Source of the DNA: a virus
Direction: 5' to 3' (one strand)
Length of the DNA: 64,000 nt
IMG/VR virus record: IMGVR_UViG_3300037882_003336
Location: 14,667-78,666 of that record
The notes under the pieces are model-generated. The model was not told where the DNA came from and did not search any database. It worked only from the letters and a program-made list of their open reading frames with translations. The position numbers were made by a program, and so were the translations under genes. Of this stretch, positions 9,801 to 19,257 are shown one piece after another. The number at the start of each line of letters is the position of its first letter. Position 1 is the stretch's first letter.

Positions 9801-12800
9801 AGACGGTGCTCGGTGGCAACGTCAGGTAGGCTTGTGGGTCTTCGGGGTCGACGGCGGTCGTACGACCAACGGTCAGCACGGAACCACCAGTGCCAAAGAA
9901 GATCTTGAGGATCGAGGAATAACCGAACGGCGGGTTCTCCACTTCCGGGTTGACGACCAACGCGATTGCGAACCCTGCAGCTGACTGCTCGGCGCTCCAC
10001 GGTACCATCCCGTTCCATCGGAGAAGCTCCGTGTGGACGGTGGCGGATGGCGCGGAATCAAAAAACAGCCCGTTCAGCCCATTCCTGACCGCTACCTTGA
10101 GGCGGGGGCGTGTCGCCACGTCGGACTGGGAAAGGTCCATATCACCATCCCGCGCCAAGTTTGGCAGGGTCGCGATACGGTCGTTATTGGAGCCGGTGAG
10201 GGTGGACGCATCATACCACAGCAGCATTCCCAGGTCGCCATACTCGCCGGTCCGGTTGCGCCACCCCGCAAAGGTTCTTTCGGTGGCTCCCCGTGGGGTG
10301 TCTTGGTAGAAACCGGTACCACGGTTAGACCAGTTGGCGCTAGAATGCTCGCCAGCCGTCAAATCCTGAATCACCAAAGCCGCGTACTCGCCGGTCCTGG
10401 AAGCCCATGCAGCCCGTGCGCGTTCCAACCGCATCCCAGCACTGGAAACACTCTCCGTGTACTCTCCCGTGCCAAGGCCAGCCCACCGGGCAACCGCACG
10501 CGACTCCTTGACGATGGCGTCCGGTTGGTCATCGAACAGACCACGGCGAATTCCCCATTTGTTGGCAAGCTCGGTTTCAATTGCCACCATGTCGTTGAAC
10601 CGCTTGTACACATGGACTTCTCCCAATAAGCCCCGGAAGTTCGGACAAAGCAGGAAATCGGCGGTGATGTCATCAGGAAAGACTGCAGAGGTGGTGGATG
10701 CAGCGATCTCCAGCCCGTTCTCGCGGACCGTCACGCTAGTACCGTTTCTGACGAAGCTCAGCACCATCCACTCATCGTCGTTCTCGGATGGATCGTTGGT
10801 GTCTTCAAGGAATTCCCCAGGAGCCGTCTGCCATAAGATCGCGTTGGCGGCACTCCGGAAATAAGCTTTAAGGTAGCTGTCGCCAGTCTCTTCACCCCAC
10901 CGGATCAGAGCCTGCTCTCCAGCGTCCGTCTTCTTGAGCACCATCACGATGGCGAACGAGGTATCGGCAATGTCCCAGCTGCCCTCCACGAACAGATTCT
11001 GAGCAGGTCGTAGTAGCATGCTGCCAGGACCGTCGAATTCGATCGCATTGAGACCGTTCCGGATGTTCAGACGGAGCACCGGGGAGCCAAGTGACTCCAA
11101 GTCGTTGCCATTGCCAGAGCTATCCGGAACGTCTTCCACCGGATCACCATCACCACCGCCAAGCCCACTCATATCCCAGATCGCCGCGATGTCTGCGTCA
11201 TAATCACCGGGAAGGGCGTTCCAGGTCGCCGTGACATGCTCGGATCGTTCCGCACTGCCCGTGATTGTCACGAAATACTCGCCAGTGAGACCCGTCCACC
11301 CACCCATCGCCTGTTCGGGGCGGGTCAGGGTGACAAACTGATCCGAATACAAACCAGTCCTAGACGACCAACCAGCCAAGGCGTTGTCGGGAGCCCTGCT
11401 TATCAAGACCCGTGTTGGTTCGTAGACGCTTGAATTGTCGGGCCAGAGACCACCGCGCCATTCGCCATCTGGAGTGAACTCACCCGCGATCCCAGAATCT
11501 TCGGCATCAGTCCAGTGGAGACCCGGCTCCAAGATTGTGAGTTCGATCGCGTCCCGATCCCCGCCCGTCATCGTCAGGATGCCACTAAACCCGTCCCATC
11601 TTGGCAAGACGGTATCAAGCTCAACCTCCACGAAGGATTCGGCACTCCAGTCAAGCGCACTGACCCACACGTCAAGCTCGGACGAGTAGTACCCGAGAGT
11701 GATTTCGTAAACGCTGTTAACTTGCCAGTCCGATGTTGAAGAATACTGCAGGACGGAGCTTGAGCCATCCTCGGGTACCCGGTACACCCGGAACTCAATC
11801 TCAGCAGCACGCGGGTGAGTGGTGCGCAGTTCGCCGGTCTGGTCGGCTTCTGGCGTCACAAACTCCAGCGTCTTCCACCAGAGGCGACCCGTGAGGTCGG
11901 CAGAGGGTGGCGCAACATCAACTTCAATGAACGGTCTTCCGTTTCCGTCAAATCCGCTACCCAGCACCGTCACCAACACTTCTGACTCCCCGGTCGGAGC
12001 AACCAGGATTTGCTGACCAACCGGGCAGAAGATGAGTTCCCCGGTGTCCTCGTCCACCCCAATGTTTGGCGCACCATCTCCAGAGTCGTTGCGAGGCGTA
12101 ATGAAGTGGGACGTCGAGACAGTGGTCCAGCTTTCGAATCTTCCACCCCACGGCAGGCTGGCCATTTGCCAACGCCGATATGGGAGCAGCCAGTCGTAGT
12201 CCGGGGAGACTTGGTCGGATGAGAAGAACCCTTCGTTTTCGATCTCCACATCCCCGTCCACCGTGGCGGCGGGCTCCAGCGTGCCATCTCCGGATTGGGC
12301 GGCAAATCCGTCGGGAAGCTCATCGAGTAGGAGACCTTCCGAAACGAGTTCCGCCCCTTCGGTCAGGTCCACGGAATTGCGCAGATAGTGAGCTTTGAGC
12401 GGGTCTCGACCGTGTCGTGCGCGATAGATGAACGTTCCATGCCGCTGCATGAAGTAGACCGGATATCCAGCGGTCCAGTATCCGGTCGGCACGGGCTCAA
12501 TGATACCGGGTTCAACACCAGCGGTGCGAAGTCGTGGATCACGTCCCCTGAATGCCCCGTCCCAGAATCCCCAGTCTTCTTCACGTGCCACCCAGTCAAC
12601 CCCAAGGGCGTCGTTGGAATGGAACGGGAACGCGACGTGTGTCAGGGAGTGGTCGTCGTGGGTCGGGATGACCTGGATTTCGTCCTCCGGTCCGGTCTGG
12701 AAGGAAAGGCGAGGGTCGGGCTGATCCGTTGACACCGCGTCTTCACTCACATACGGGATGATGGCGGCGATCGGATTCTCCACGACCAACGCCAGTTCCG

Positions 12801-14880
12801 GCGTGAGGATCGACTCGTCTTCCGTGCCGTCCGGGTGCAGCGACTCCAGGACCTGCTCCGGGGCTTGGAACGACGCAGTGAGGAACCCGTTGCGCAGGAA
12901 CACGAACCCGTTGAAATCACCGGCTGGGCGCACCAGCGTGTCACGCGGGGAGTCGAGCGGGCTCGTGGTGACCGGGATGGGCGTGAAGATGCCGGTCGTC
13001 AGGATGCCCCACGTGTAGAAGTCGCCATCATCTGCGTCCTGCTGGATGACGGTGGTAACATCGTCCGTTCCCACTTCCTCCCAGACGTTCGATGGTGGAC
13101 CGTCCGGATCGTTGATGAGAGCCGTGTAGACGTACCCGAGATAGTAAGCGAGATCGCCCTCCGCATAGGTGGTGTCGGCGTCCCATGTCGCCGGTACCGC
13201 GTTCCCATAGTCCTGATATGGCACCGCGCTCCAAGTGCCTGTGATAGGCGGAGTAGCGGGTGCGATGAACGGCTGGCGCACCAAGAACATGCTACCAGCG
13301 CTGGAGACGAACTGCCCCTCCGTGTAAGATTCCCCTTCCGTGTAGGCTAGTACCAAGACCCATGACAGGCTTCCGGTCTCGGTGATTTTCAAGCGCCAGA
13401 GACCGCCGAACCCATCGTCAAGGTTGACTTCGGAGAGCGCCAGCACGGGCGCGTACTTGACCTGATCTTGATGGCTCCACCCGGCTTCCACATCGCGGAG
13501 GGTGCGGGTAAGCGGGGTGAGGGTCTTGGCAAGCGCTTGCTGCTGGGCGTTTTCCTGATCGTGTCTGATCCAATCAACCTCAAAGTGCTGGTCGGGATCG
13601 GCGATGACTGGCGTGCCGTCAAGGGAACCGGTGACCGGGTAGTCGGGGGCAGTACGACTCACGTCTCCATCCATCTCGGAATCCTCGTCCGAAATCTGAA
13701 CGGGAATCGGGTGATAGCGAGTGTGGAACTGCTGAAGGTCAAACGCAACCTTCAGATCGAAGAGAGAGCTTTTGAACTTGATCTCCGACATCGGGCCGGA
13801 GATCGAAACCAACTGAATGTCCAACGTGGCTCCCAAGGTGATCTCCATGATCACCAAGTTGCCGTGGGTGCCGGGGGTGTTGGCTTCGAACCTGTAGGCG
13901 ACGCTGGAATCTTCCAGCGCCAAAATCGTGACACCCGCTCGCTCACCCGGCAAACCGCCAGTCAGTGGGTAAAGGCCAGGACGCAGCAGGTGGTTGACAC
14001 GCTCTGTGAACCCGCCGAATGGCTGGCGACCGTTGATACGGTGGAACGCTTGATTGTGGGCGGCGTCCGGATGGCAAGAGAAGGTGACGCTGTAGCTTGG
14101 GCCATCATCCAGCACGAACGGTGTGTAGTTGGCGCTTGGAACCGGTTGCTGGAAAAGCTCCGATACGGTCGTGATGACGGAACCAGCGGAAAGGCGCGGC
14201 ACCTCGCTCAACACCTCGCCGTCGTACCGACCGACCAGAGGCCAGTACGGGTAGTCAACAGGCTCGTATGCGAAATCCTCGGCGTTGACATCAGACCCTG
14301 GATATTCTGGGTCACGCGGGCTGTACCGGCTCCAAAGTTCCAAAACCTTGAAATCGACGTAGCCAAGAATCTTCGCGATGGCGGTCAGGGAACTCGCTGA
14401 TCCACGGATTGCGTTTCTTGGTACCGCCGTTGCGATCAGACGCCTCAGGACAGGTATCGGGTGCTTCGCCGTGATCACTTCACCGGAAGACCCAGCGAGA
14501 GCGTTGAGAGCGGCACGTTCAAACGCCGCCTTGGTCAGGTCACCCACGATCCTCGGTAGGACTTGCTGTTGGAGGATAGCCTCTTCGGCATCGGTCCGCT
14601 CGCGCAGTTCCATTAGCGCTTCATACTGCGCCCACAGTTCCTCGTCCTCTGGCGTAAACGCCCCCGCCTTCATGGGGTCGCGCAAACGCCCAAGCTCTCT
14701 CAGCTTCGTCACCACCCAATTGTGCTGGGAAGTGAGCCCGATCATCAGCGATCGGAGGATCCCCTGGTCACGGCTACGGATTACATAAGGCAACCATTCG
14801 AACAACTGATCTGGTGCCAGATCCGCGAGTCCATAGTCGATGCGTGTAGCGAGTGTCTGAGTTCGCGGGTTGGAAGCCAT
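6802..14880 (-). CDS. Giant (2692 aa) baseplate wedge/tail fibre protein with two CBM5/12-like repeats and five LamG-like domains
   Basis: N-terminal LRRLIATAVPRNAIRGS..SL..IAKILG resembles phage tail/baseplate (P2 gpI-like) motif; WDADTTYAEGDLAYY.G.VY-type modules; five modules each ending [KR]W[GA][ILM]. Confidence 0.75.
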   Translation of the reverse strand: MASNPRTQTLATRIDYGLADLAPDQLFEWLPYVIRSRDQGILRSLMIGLTSQHNWVVTKLRELGRLRDPMKAGAFTPEDEELWAQYEALMELRERTDAEEAILQQQVLPRIVGDLTKAAFERAALNALAGSSGEVITAKHPIPVLRRLIATAVPRNAIRGSASSLTAIAKILGYVDFKVLELWSRYSPRDPEYPGSDVNAEDFAYEPVDYPYWPLVGRYDGEVLSEVPRLSAGSVITTVSELFQQPVPSANYTPFVLDDGPSYSVTFSCHPDAAHNQAFHRINGRQPFGGFTERVNHLLRPGLYPLTGGLPGERAGVTILALEDSSVAYRFEANTPGTHGNLVIMEITLGATLDIQLVSISGPMSEIKFKSSLFDLKVAFDLQQFHTRYHPIPVQISDEDSEMDGDVSRTAPDYPVTGSLDGTPVIADPDQHFEVDWIRHDQENAQQQALAKTLTPLTRTLRDVEAGWSHQDQVKYAPVLALSEVNLDDGFGGLWRLKITETGSLSWVLVLAYTEGESYTEGQFVSSAGSMFLVRQPFIAPATPPITGTWSAVPYQDYGNAVPATWDADTTYAEGDLAYYLGYVYTALINDPDGPPSNVWEEVGTDDVTTVIQQDADDGDFYTWGILTTGIFTPIPVTTSPLDSPRDTLVRPAGDFNGFVFLRNGFLTASFQAPEQVLESLHPDGTEDESILTPELALVVENPIAAIIPYVSEDAVSTDQPDPRLSFQTGPEDEIQVIPTHDDHSLTHVAFPFHSNDALGVDWVAREEDWGFWDGAFRGRDPRLRTAGVEPGIIEPVPTGYWTAGYPVYFMQRHGTFIYRARHGRDPLKAHYLRNSVDLTEGAELVSEGLLLDELPDGFAAQSGDGTLEPAATVDGDVEIENEGFFSSDQVSPDYDWLLPYRRWQMASLPWGGRFESWTTVSTSHFITPRNDSGDGAPNIGVDEDTGELIFCPVGQQILVAPTGESEVLVTVLGSGFDGNGRPFIEVDVAPPSADLTGRLWWKTLEFVTPEADQTGELRTTHPRAAEIEFRVYRVPEDGSSSVLQYSSTSDWQVNSVYEITLGYYSSELDVWVSALDWSAESFVEVELDTVLPRWDGFSGILTMTGGDRDAIELTILEPGLHWTDAEDSGIAGEFTPDGEWRGGLWPDNSSVYEPTRVLISRAPDNALAGWSSRTGLYSDQFVTLTRPEQAMGGWTGLTGEYFVTITGSAERSEHVTATWNALPGDYDADIAAIWDMSGLGGGDGDPVEDVPDSSGNGNDLESLGSPVLRLNIRNGLNAIEFDGPGSMLLRPAQNLFVEGSWDIADTSFAIVMVLKKTDAGEQALIRWGEETGDSYLKAYFRSAANAILWQTAPGEFLEDTNDPSENDDEWMVLSFVRNGTSVTVRENGLEIAASTTSAVFPDDITADFLLCPNFRGLLGEVHVYKRFNDMVAIETELANKWGIRRGLFDDQPDAIVKESRAVARWAGLGTGEYTESVSSAGMRLERARAAWASRTGEYAALVIQDLTAGEHSSANWSNRGTGFYQDTPRGATERTFAGWRNRTGEYGDLGMLLWYDASTLTGSNNDRIATLPNLARDGDMDLSQSDVATRPRLKVAVRNGLNGLFFDSAPSATVHTELLRWNGMVPWSAEQSAAGFAIALVVNPEVENPPFGYSSILKIFFGTGGSVLTVGRTTAVDPEDPQAYLTLPPSTVLFSEQPTGHWSLWYITVNEDLEYEFWINGEIVDSGTLSAPITGSYLTNISIGYGIGGHIGEVRFYDRGTNTAETIATIEELRIKWALRGGAFGEQYLEKAVLEHAMAGWRSQVGEYLAFFSTVDTKTERVLADWGVLGAEYEPELEYAERSQADWRVVDAVYDLAQPLTMGAPDRSQADWELAGPGDYEFRIADILDLEGHWDAHASFSATANGTAISSWVDTVASATLTQGTGLNQPIVVSNATYNGRTVVRFDGSNDVLSLATNDFDLTSDQTIVLVFRFTVNQNGRILGTYDGTNGWYVGIYGSIYDSTQAGSVHYMSSTRGANTVGNGMTGFSTPHHGGWNIVTITREAGVSTVRVNGVVQVSTISGHGNAATTGTFYIGGSSSFFAGDLAEVMLISRAVPDEESEALEVFLANKWGIELREAVPDAIPVTSGLTTWYDFRQEPIQAAYATLADRSGNGVNLAQGTGSLQPAASYGVFDYTLAGYAPDDTRIAATGLSNTILPSTGFTISILMSTDGPANFYYGFGFGVAGNTKNIRIGHLSTGKLIASLNDLRAESTTILTAGRWYHVVLIYGGGNWDDGTTGAKVYVDGVLSTMTYAGSGSNAWVPDASGNALALFGDYSGNTWRGRIGEVATWNRVLTDTEINLLSLYAKSKWAMRGLQVDALAFVPIVEDIQYGLQVDAMSFVPIVETLRESSIAVQALGTVIAASEDSEESIAVQALGTVIGAQNAVDDTLSLEGFQPVIILDETYPVPSTESLATVIASITAPVLNLDGPALSGSDDTALTTWTDVSGNARHATHLNLYSEIAPSLRTSVQNGLNAVQWKGVSKCFLAISSQDLFTTWGVTDRYTAYFVFSKTALHNGPAAVFNAASRQVSLYPYYTGSVTYADFGNTGSGGRLTTTTPLQSGWQVFTVCSDGEMLSLFRNHVLNNSAANSTAMAAGTSTFWVGTDASSAGVSGNFSGYIGDIIIFNTAHSHTTRTRMISALMNRWAIT

Positions 14881-14919
14881 CCGGGCATACCTAGAACACG
14901 ACCGATTCCTTGTTTACCG

Positions 14920-15570
14920 TCAAGCGAAACCGAACTCAAGGAGCGGATCGTTAACGTCATCGTCCAAGTTTTCGTACACCTTCACTTCCACCCGGTGCAT
15001 GATGTCGGCGTCGAGCACCGGGGGTGCGGAGATGAGACCCTCGCGGAAACCAAAGACGTCCACGAAATTGATGACACGCCAGACAGCACGTTCGAACGAG
15101 TTCATTTCGAGCCAAGGGATCGTGCAGACGACTTTGCTGCCTTTGATGTCGAATTCGTGCATGACCGCCCGAACCCGCTTGACGATGCTCAGGCTGGTGT
15201 GCTCGTCGGCTGGCATGCCAGTGAACTCCTTGGCGATCAAGCCAATCTTTCGCTCAATGTCGATCACCTTGGTTTCCATGGGCTCGGTGCTCAGCACCCG
15301 GTAGTAAGCGCTTGAGCCAGAACCGATCACCGCCACTTCCCCGCTGACCATTTCGAGCGACTCTCCGGGGTTGATGACGACGGACTCCTTGAATCTCACT
15401 GGGATGGCGGTTCCAGAGGGCGTGCGGGCGTGGATGAACGACGGGTCTTCTTCCTTCTCATCGGAACACACGGGGCACCCTAGCATAATGGGGGCACTCC
15501 ACGGGGTATAGCCACCGGAGTCTATGAATCCGGAGCCTTCGCATAGGTGGCAGGTTTGGTTTGGTTTCAT
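14920..15570 (-). CDS. Hypothetical protein with N-terminal Zn-ribbon (CxxCxGxG...CPVC)
   Basis: Start reassigned to MKPNQTC at 15570, which overlaps the stop of the upstream gene. Confidence 0.6.
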   Translation of the reverse strand: MKPNQTCHLCEGSGFIDSGGYTPWSAPIMLGCPVCSDEKEEDPSFIHARTPSGTAIPVRFKESVVINPGESLEMVSGEVAVIGSGSSAYYRVLSTEPMETKVIDIERKIGLIAKEFTGMPADEHTSLSIVKRVRAVMHEFDIKGSKVVCTIPWLEMNSFERAVWRVINFVDVFGFREGLISAPPVLDADIMHRVEVKVYENLDDDVNDPLLEFGFA

Positions 15571-15980
15571 GAGTTTTTGGGTTGAAGGATGTTGACGAAA
15601 GACTGGAACACACCGACCACGATAGCGCTGGCAAATGCCATCGCAAGGGTTCCGAAGACGAACAGGAACCCGAACCCGACCAGTGAGATTGGCGATACAA
15701 CGAGAAGAACCATCTGACTGCGGAATGTGTCGCCACCACGGTTGAAACTCGCCACGATCCACGGGATTGTGCAGGCCAGTGACACCGTCACCACCACCGA
15801 CCACATCAGGACCGTGGAGGTTAGCTCGCTGAACCAAGGCAGGAACGCCACACCAAGTGACCGGACACCCTCCCTGTGGTGCATGAGCCACCACTCCACG
15901 TGATCCCACGCGAAGTACCCGATAGAGCCAAGCAGCAAGACTGCAAGGAACTGGGTGATGGTGTAGCGATCTTCACTCAT
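15567..15980 (-). CDS. Membrane protein (about 3-4 TM segments)
   Basis: Several long hydrophobic stretches; ATGA-coupled to neighbours. Confidence 0.65.
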   Translation of the reverse strand: MSEDRYTITQFLAVLLLGSIGYFAWDHVEWWLMHHREGVRSLGVAFLPWFSELTSTVLMWSVVVTVSLACTIPWIVASFNRGGDTFRSQMVLLVVSPISLVGFGFLFVFGTLAMAFASAIVVGVFQSFVNILQPKNS

Positions 15981-16669
15981 GGGACTGGGTTGAGTTCAGG
16001 GATTGTGTCGATCAGGTCTTCAACACGGTCGATTGCGCGTTGCACACCCCGTGATTCGGCGGCTTCCGGAGTCAACACGCCGACCGCGTCTTCCGCATCT
16101 TCATCGAGGTTGTCAGGGTGGTGGTTGATGTGCGGGGCGCTCTCCAGCTTCGCGATGAGCGTGGTCAGGGCAACCGGCTTGAAATCCCAGCAGTCCACCC
16201 CCACGTCGGTGCTCCGACCGTAATCCGGCAGGTTCCCATGGGAGTGCCCGAAGAAATGGTAGGCTCCGTGGACGGAGTTGCGCCACGTGCGGTGGGCATA
16301 GTGGCTCAGGTAGGCGCGGATCGTGCCATCTCCCTTCGGGTCGGGGAACCGGTAGTACAGGGACTCGTGGGCGGCGTTGAAGCGCTCCCGTGCTTTCCAA
16401 GCGATCTTGTCGTCGTGGTTGCCACGGATCAGGCGCACGTGGATACCGGCTTGTCGCATCCGGTGGAGGAACCAGTCCAGACCGTCCTTGCGGAATGCCA
16501 CGTCACCAAGATGCCACAGGATGTCACCGGGCTTCATCGTGTCCACGATGTTGGTGACGATCGCGATGTCGTGGTCTTCGATGGTGTCGAACGGGCGACG
16601 GCTGGACTTCAGGATGTTCTTGTGGCCGAAGTGGGTATCGGCGGTCAGGTAGTGAGATGAGGTATTCAT
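15977..16669 (-). CDS. Calcineurin-like metallophosphoesterase
   Basis: Complete motif set DTHFGH, HLGD, GNHD, SHY, GHSH; start MNTSS at 16669. Confidence 0.92.
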   Translation of the reverse strand: MNTSSHYLTADTHFGHKNILKSSRRPFDTIEDHDIAIVTNIVDTMKPGDILWHLGDVAFRKDGLDWFLHRMRQAGIHVRLIRGNHDDKIAWKARERFNAAHESLYYRFPDPKGDGTIRAYLSHYAHRTWRNSVHGAYHFFGHSHGNLPDYGRSTDVGVDCWDFKPVALTTLIAKLESAPHINHHPDNLDEDAEDAVGVLTPEAAESRGVQRAIDRVEDLIDTIPELNPVP

Positions 16670-17115
16670 GACAGTGTTCCTTGGTTTCCGCATTTTTCGA
16701 CGAGTTCGGCTAGCTCACGTTCCATGGTTTCGGCAAGTTGTCCCATTCTCAGGGCGGTCTCCATCCAGTCAAGGTCTTTGGTGACGATGTTGATAAACGC
16801 GGTTCGTGGCGTCTGGCAGTTGATGACGCTGGGCTCGGATTCGGGATGAACAATGGCCAACCGGTCCAAATCTGCAAACAGGTCTTCAGACTGCCTATCT
16901 TCGTTGTGCGCCCTTTCAAGTGCCTCGGTGTCGTCATCCTCTGTGAGGCTGGCTTCGTGGGCGGCGGCTTGCTCGGTTAGACCTCTGTCCCAGCGCTGCA
17001 GGAGGTCCCTGAGGGCTTCTCGCTTGTCTTTGTCGAAGAATGTGTCGCTGGAAAAAACCGCAGCGTCGATCGAGTGGGCTGGCTCTTGGAGCCATTCTGG
17101 TAAGTCGCTAATCAT
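16666..17115 (-). CDS. Hypothetical protein
   Basis: Start MISDLPEW at 17115; coupled to neighbours. Confidence 0.55.
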   Translation of the reverse strand: MISDLPEWLQEPAHSIDAAVFSSDTFFDKDKREALRDLLQRWDRGLTEQAAAHEASLTEDDDTEALERAHNEDRQSEDLFADLDRLAIVHPESEPSVINCQTPRTAFINIVTKDLDWMETALRMGQLAETMERELAELVEKCGNQGTLS

Positions 17116-17432
17116 GGGATTCGGGAATGGAGAACAACGAGCGTGGCTTCGATTTCCTCGTTCATGGCGGACTTGAGCCCGTCGAAAACCCCACACACGA
17201 TCGTTTTGACTTCCTCGGGGGTGGCGTCGGGTTCCTCTTGCGTGAACTTCATCGCCGATGCCGAAAGGGAGTAGCGAATCTTGCGGATCGCCTCAACTGC
17301 GTCTTTCCCGGCTTGGATGGCGGCATCAAGTTCTGGTGTGGTGCCGATCCAGTGGTCACCCATGTTGCGCAGGAGTCCCTTGGGGTCGAGTTGTTCGGCT
17401 TGGGCGGAAATGGCGTGGAATGCTTGGGTCAT
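17112..17432 (-). CDS. Hypothetical protein
   Basis: Start MTQAFHA at 17432 avoids overlap with the upstream gene. Confidence 0.55.
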   Translation of the reverse strand: MTQAFHAISAQAEQLDPKGLLRNMGDHWIGTTPELDAAIQAGKDAVEAIRKIRYSLSASAMKFTQEEPDATPEEVKTIVCGVFDGLKSAMNEEIEATLVVLHSRIP

Positions 17433-17454
17433 AGTGTGATTGGGTGGACTGGGA

Positions 17455-17859
17455 TTAAAGGTGACGGGTGGCGCACTCAGGGCCGATGCCACGGGCGACG
17501 CTTTCCGGGGTGGTGAGTTCGCGACCGCACACACAGCACTTGGTGCTCGGAATGAACTGGGCACACTCGGGGAGGCTGTCGATGTTGCGCCAGAGCCACT
17601 CAAAACCGCGAGCAGCCTTGTGGTTCGGGCTGATGGCGGACCGGTGCCCGTGACGGTAGCCGTCTGGGAAGACCGTGCCAAGGAACGTGTAACCACTATC
17701 CCCGAGCAGGCTCACGAAGTGTGGGGCGTTGTCGGCCTTGCCCTTCCGGACGCGGTAGGTGACGTGGTCGCCGCTCAAATTGCTCTTGAGCGTGAAGGTA
17801 GCATTGCCACCAGTCACGTACTTGCGAAGAGCGATGAGGTTCATGAGTTCCGTTGCCAT
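17455..17859 (-). CDS. DUF6011-type Zn-binding phage protein
   Basis: GNATFTLKS N-terminus and C-terminal CCVCGRELTTPESVARGIGPEC motif; first gene behind promoter P1. Confidence 0.75.
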   Translation of the reverse strand: MATELMNLIALRKYVTGGNATFTLKSNLSGDHVTYRVRKGKADNAPHFVSLLGDSGYTFLGTVFPDGYRHGHRSAISPNHKAARGFEWLWRNIDSLPECAQFIPSTKCCVCGRELTTPESVARGIGPECATRHL

Positions 17860-17864
17860 TGGAC

Positions 17865-17893
17865 ATTATAACACAGCAATTGACTTTTGTCAA
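17865..17893 (-). promoter_or_regulatory. Sigma70-type promoter P1 (leaderless)
   Basis: TTGACA-17 nt-TATAAT with extended TG; ATG 5 nt downstream. Confidence 0.9.
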
Positions 17894-17922
17894 GTATGCT
17901 ACTTTTGGTGTTCTCGGGCAGT

Positions 17923-18102
17923 ATGAGTCAAGTCATCGAAGCACCGGACCCGGAAGCTATCAAGGCCAACAATAACCGCGAGGAAGCGGCATTTTGGACG
18001 GTGGTGGCATTCTTCTCGTTCAATCCGCTCCCCGCCAACTACCGGGAATACTCGACACCCGATCAGGATAAGATCATACGGGGGTGGCTCCAAGTGTTAT
18101 GA
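17923..18102 (+). CDS. Small hypothetical protein
   Basis: MSQVIEAPD...; overlaps the next ATG (ATGA). Confidence 0.45.
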   Translation: MSQVIEAPDPEAIKANNNREEAAFWTVVAFFSFNPLPANYREYSTPDQDKIIRGWLQVL

Positions 18103-18524
18103 GCGACTTCGACCCCGAAAACAGGTTCCAGCAGGTCTTTTCGTTTCTCCAAAACATCTGGAAAAAACTGGAGAAGATCGAGAAACTCGTGGAGAAGGTG
18201 GCGCGTGAGATACCGGAGCCGGTTCCACACTACAAACCGGGCGTGCCGGACCACCTGAAGTCGATGTTTCGGTCACCCGCTGACGCGTCCAACGAGACGT
18301 CCAAAGCGTTTGAGGAACTGGAGGCGACAATTAAAGATTGGAAGCCAGCTTCGATACCGGGATGGGCGATAGAGCACAAAAAGATCCGGATTGGCACGAA
18401 CCACCTTGGGACGTACGTCGTGGAGTGCCCACCGCGTTTCACGGATCGCCAGAGGACCGGCGTCGCGATTGCTCTTTACAACGCGCTCCTGCAGTACGAG
18501 GAAAAGCTCAAAAGCGAGTTTTAG
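18099..18524 (+). CDS. Hypothetical protein
   Basis: MSDFDPENR...; helical, fills the gap between minus-strand genes. Confidence 0.6.
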   Translation: MSDFDPENRFQQVFSFLQNIWKKLEKIEKLVEKVAREIPEPVPHYKPGVPDHLKSMFRSPADASNETSKAFEELEATIKDWKPASIPGWAIEHKKIRIGTNHLGTYVVECPPRFTDRQRTGVAIALYNALLQYEEKLKSEF

Positions 18525-18889
18525 AGCTTGGTGGAAAGCACGTTCTCGGGAAGCCCCCACTGGGCAATGGCATGCTGCAGGAACTCAACGCGGATGCGTT
18601 GCCGAACCGCTGCCGTGTGGACCGCGTAGTCGCTGTCGTCGTCTTCCATCCACGCTTCGACTGCCGCATCGTACTCTCGGGTACCTTCCGCGTACCCGCC
18701 ATGGTTGGGAAACTCTGGCTCACTTGTCGAGACATCCAGGTTATCGACTGCCGCAAGGAGGTTGGACCGTTTGATGGCGTCCTTGATCACCATGACATCG
18801 CGACCACCAAGATGGCGCTGGAGAAGCCGGATGCCGGAATCACTGGTCTGGTATTCAGCTTCAAGGAGTTTCTGTGCGAGCGTGCTCAT
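18521..18889 (-). CDS. Hypothetical protein with N-terminal leader MSTLAQKLLEA (candidate internal head protein)
   Basis: 122 aa; leader shared with other ORFs (see findings). Confidence 0.6.
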   Translation of the reverse strand: MSTLAQKLLEAEYQTSDSGIRLLQRHLGGRDVMVIKDAIKRSNLLAAVDNLDVSTSEPEFPNHGGYAEGTREYDAAVEAWMEDDDSDYAVHTAAVRQRIRVEFLQHAIAQWGLPENVLSTKL

Positions 18890-18894
18890 AAAGG

Positions 18895-19257
18895 TTAGGC
18901 GGCTGTGAATAGGTCCGTGGAGTCAGCCCACGTTTCTTTGTTGCTTTTGACGTGGCTGGCGTACTCTGAGCGCCACCGTTTCATCGTGTCTTCACGTGAT
19001 AAAAAGCGCTTCTCGGGACTCAAGAACCCTTCCTCGTAGTCAATTTCGCCGTCGTATTCCCGATTCATGCAGGCGTCAAACGCTTCGTCATAGGTGAAGC
19101 CAAGATACTGATAAAACTCCATCCACGCATCCGCGTGGGTTTGGTGGGTGAACAACCTCTGCCCATCTGGCGTCGGGACTTTGATGGCGGCTTCCCACCC
19201 ATAGTCCATGAGCGTGCTTTCCACCACTACCTGGGTGATGCGCTCGTGCAGCTTCAT
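18895..19257 (-). CDS. Hypothetical protein with AAI..H..GF..FLSRE motif and N-terminal leader
   Basis: Motif similar to 63264..63596; leader MKLHERITQVVVES. Confidence 0.6.
   Translation of the reverse strand: MKLHERITQVVVESTLMDYGWEAAIKVPTPDGQRLFTHQTHADAWMEFYQYLGFTYDEAFDACMNREYDGEIDYEEGFLSPEKRFLSREDTMKRWRSEYASHVKSNKETWADSTDLFTAA

Noticed and set aside
15977-16669. Metallophosphoesterase as the Z-pathway dATPase (DatZ)
   Set aside because: DatZ is an HD-domain enzyme. This is a calcineurin-like family common in phages and lies 20 kb from purZ.
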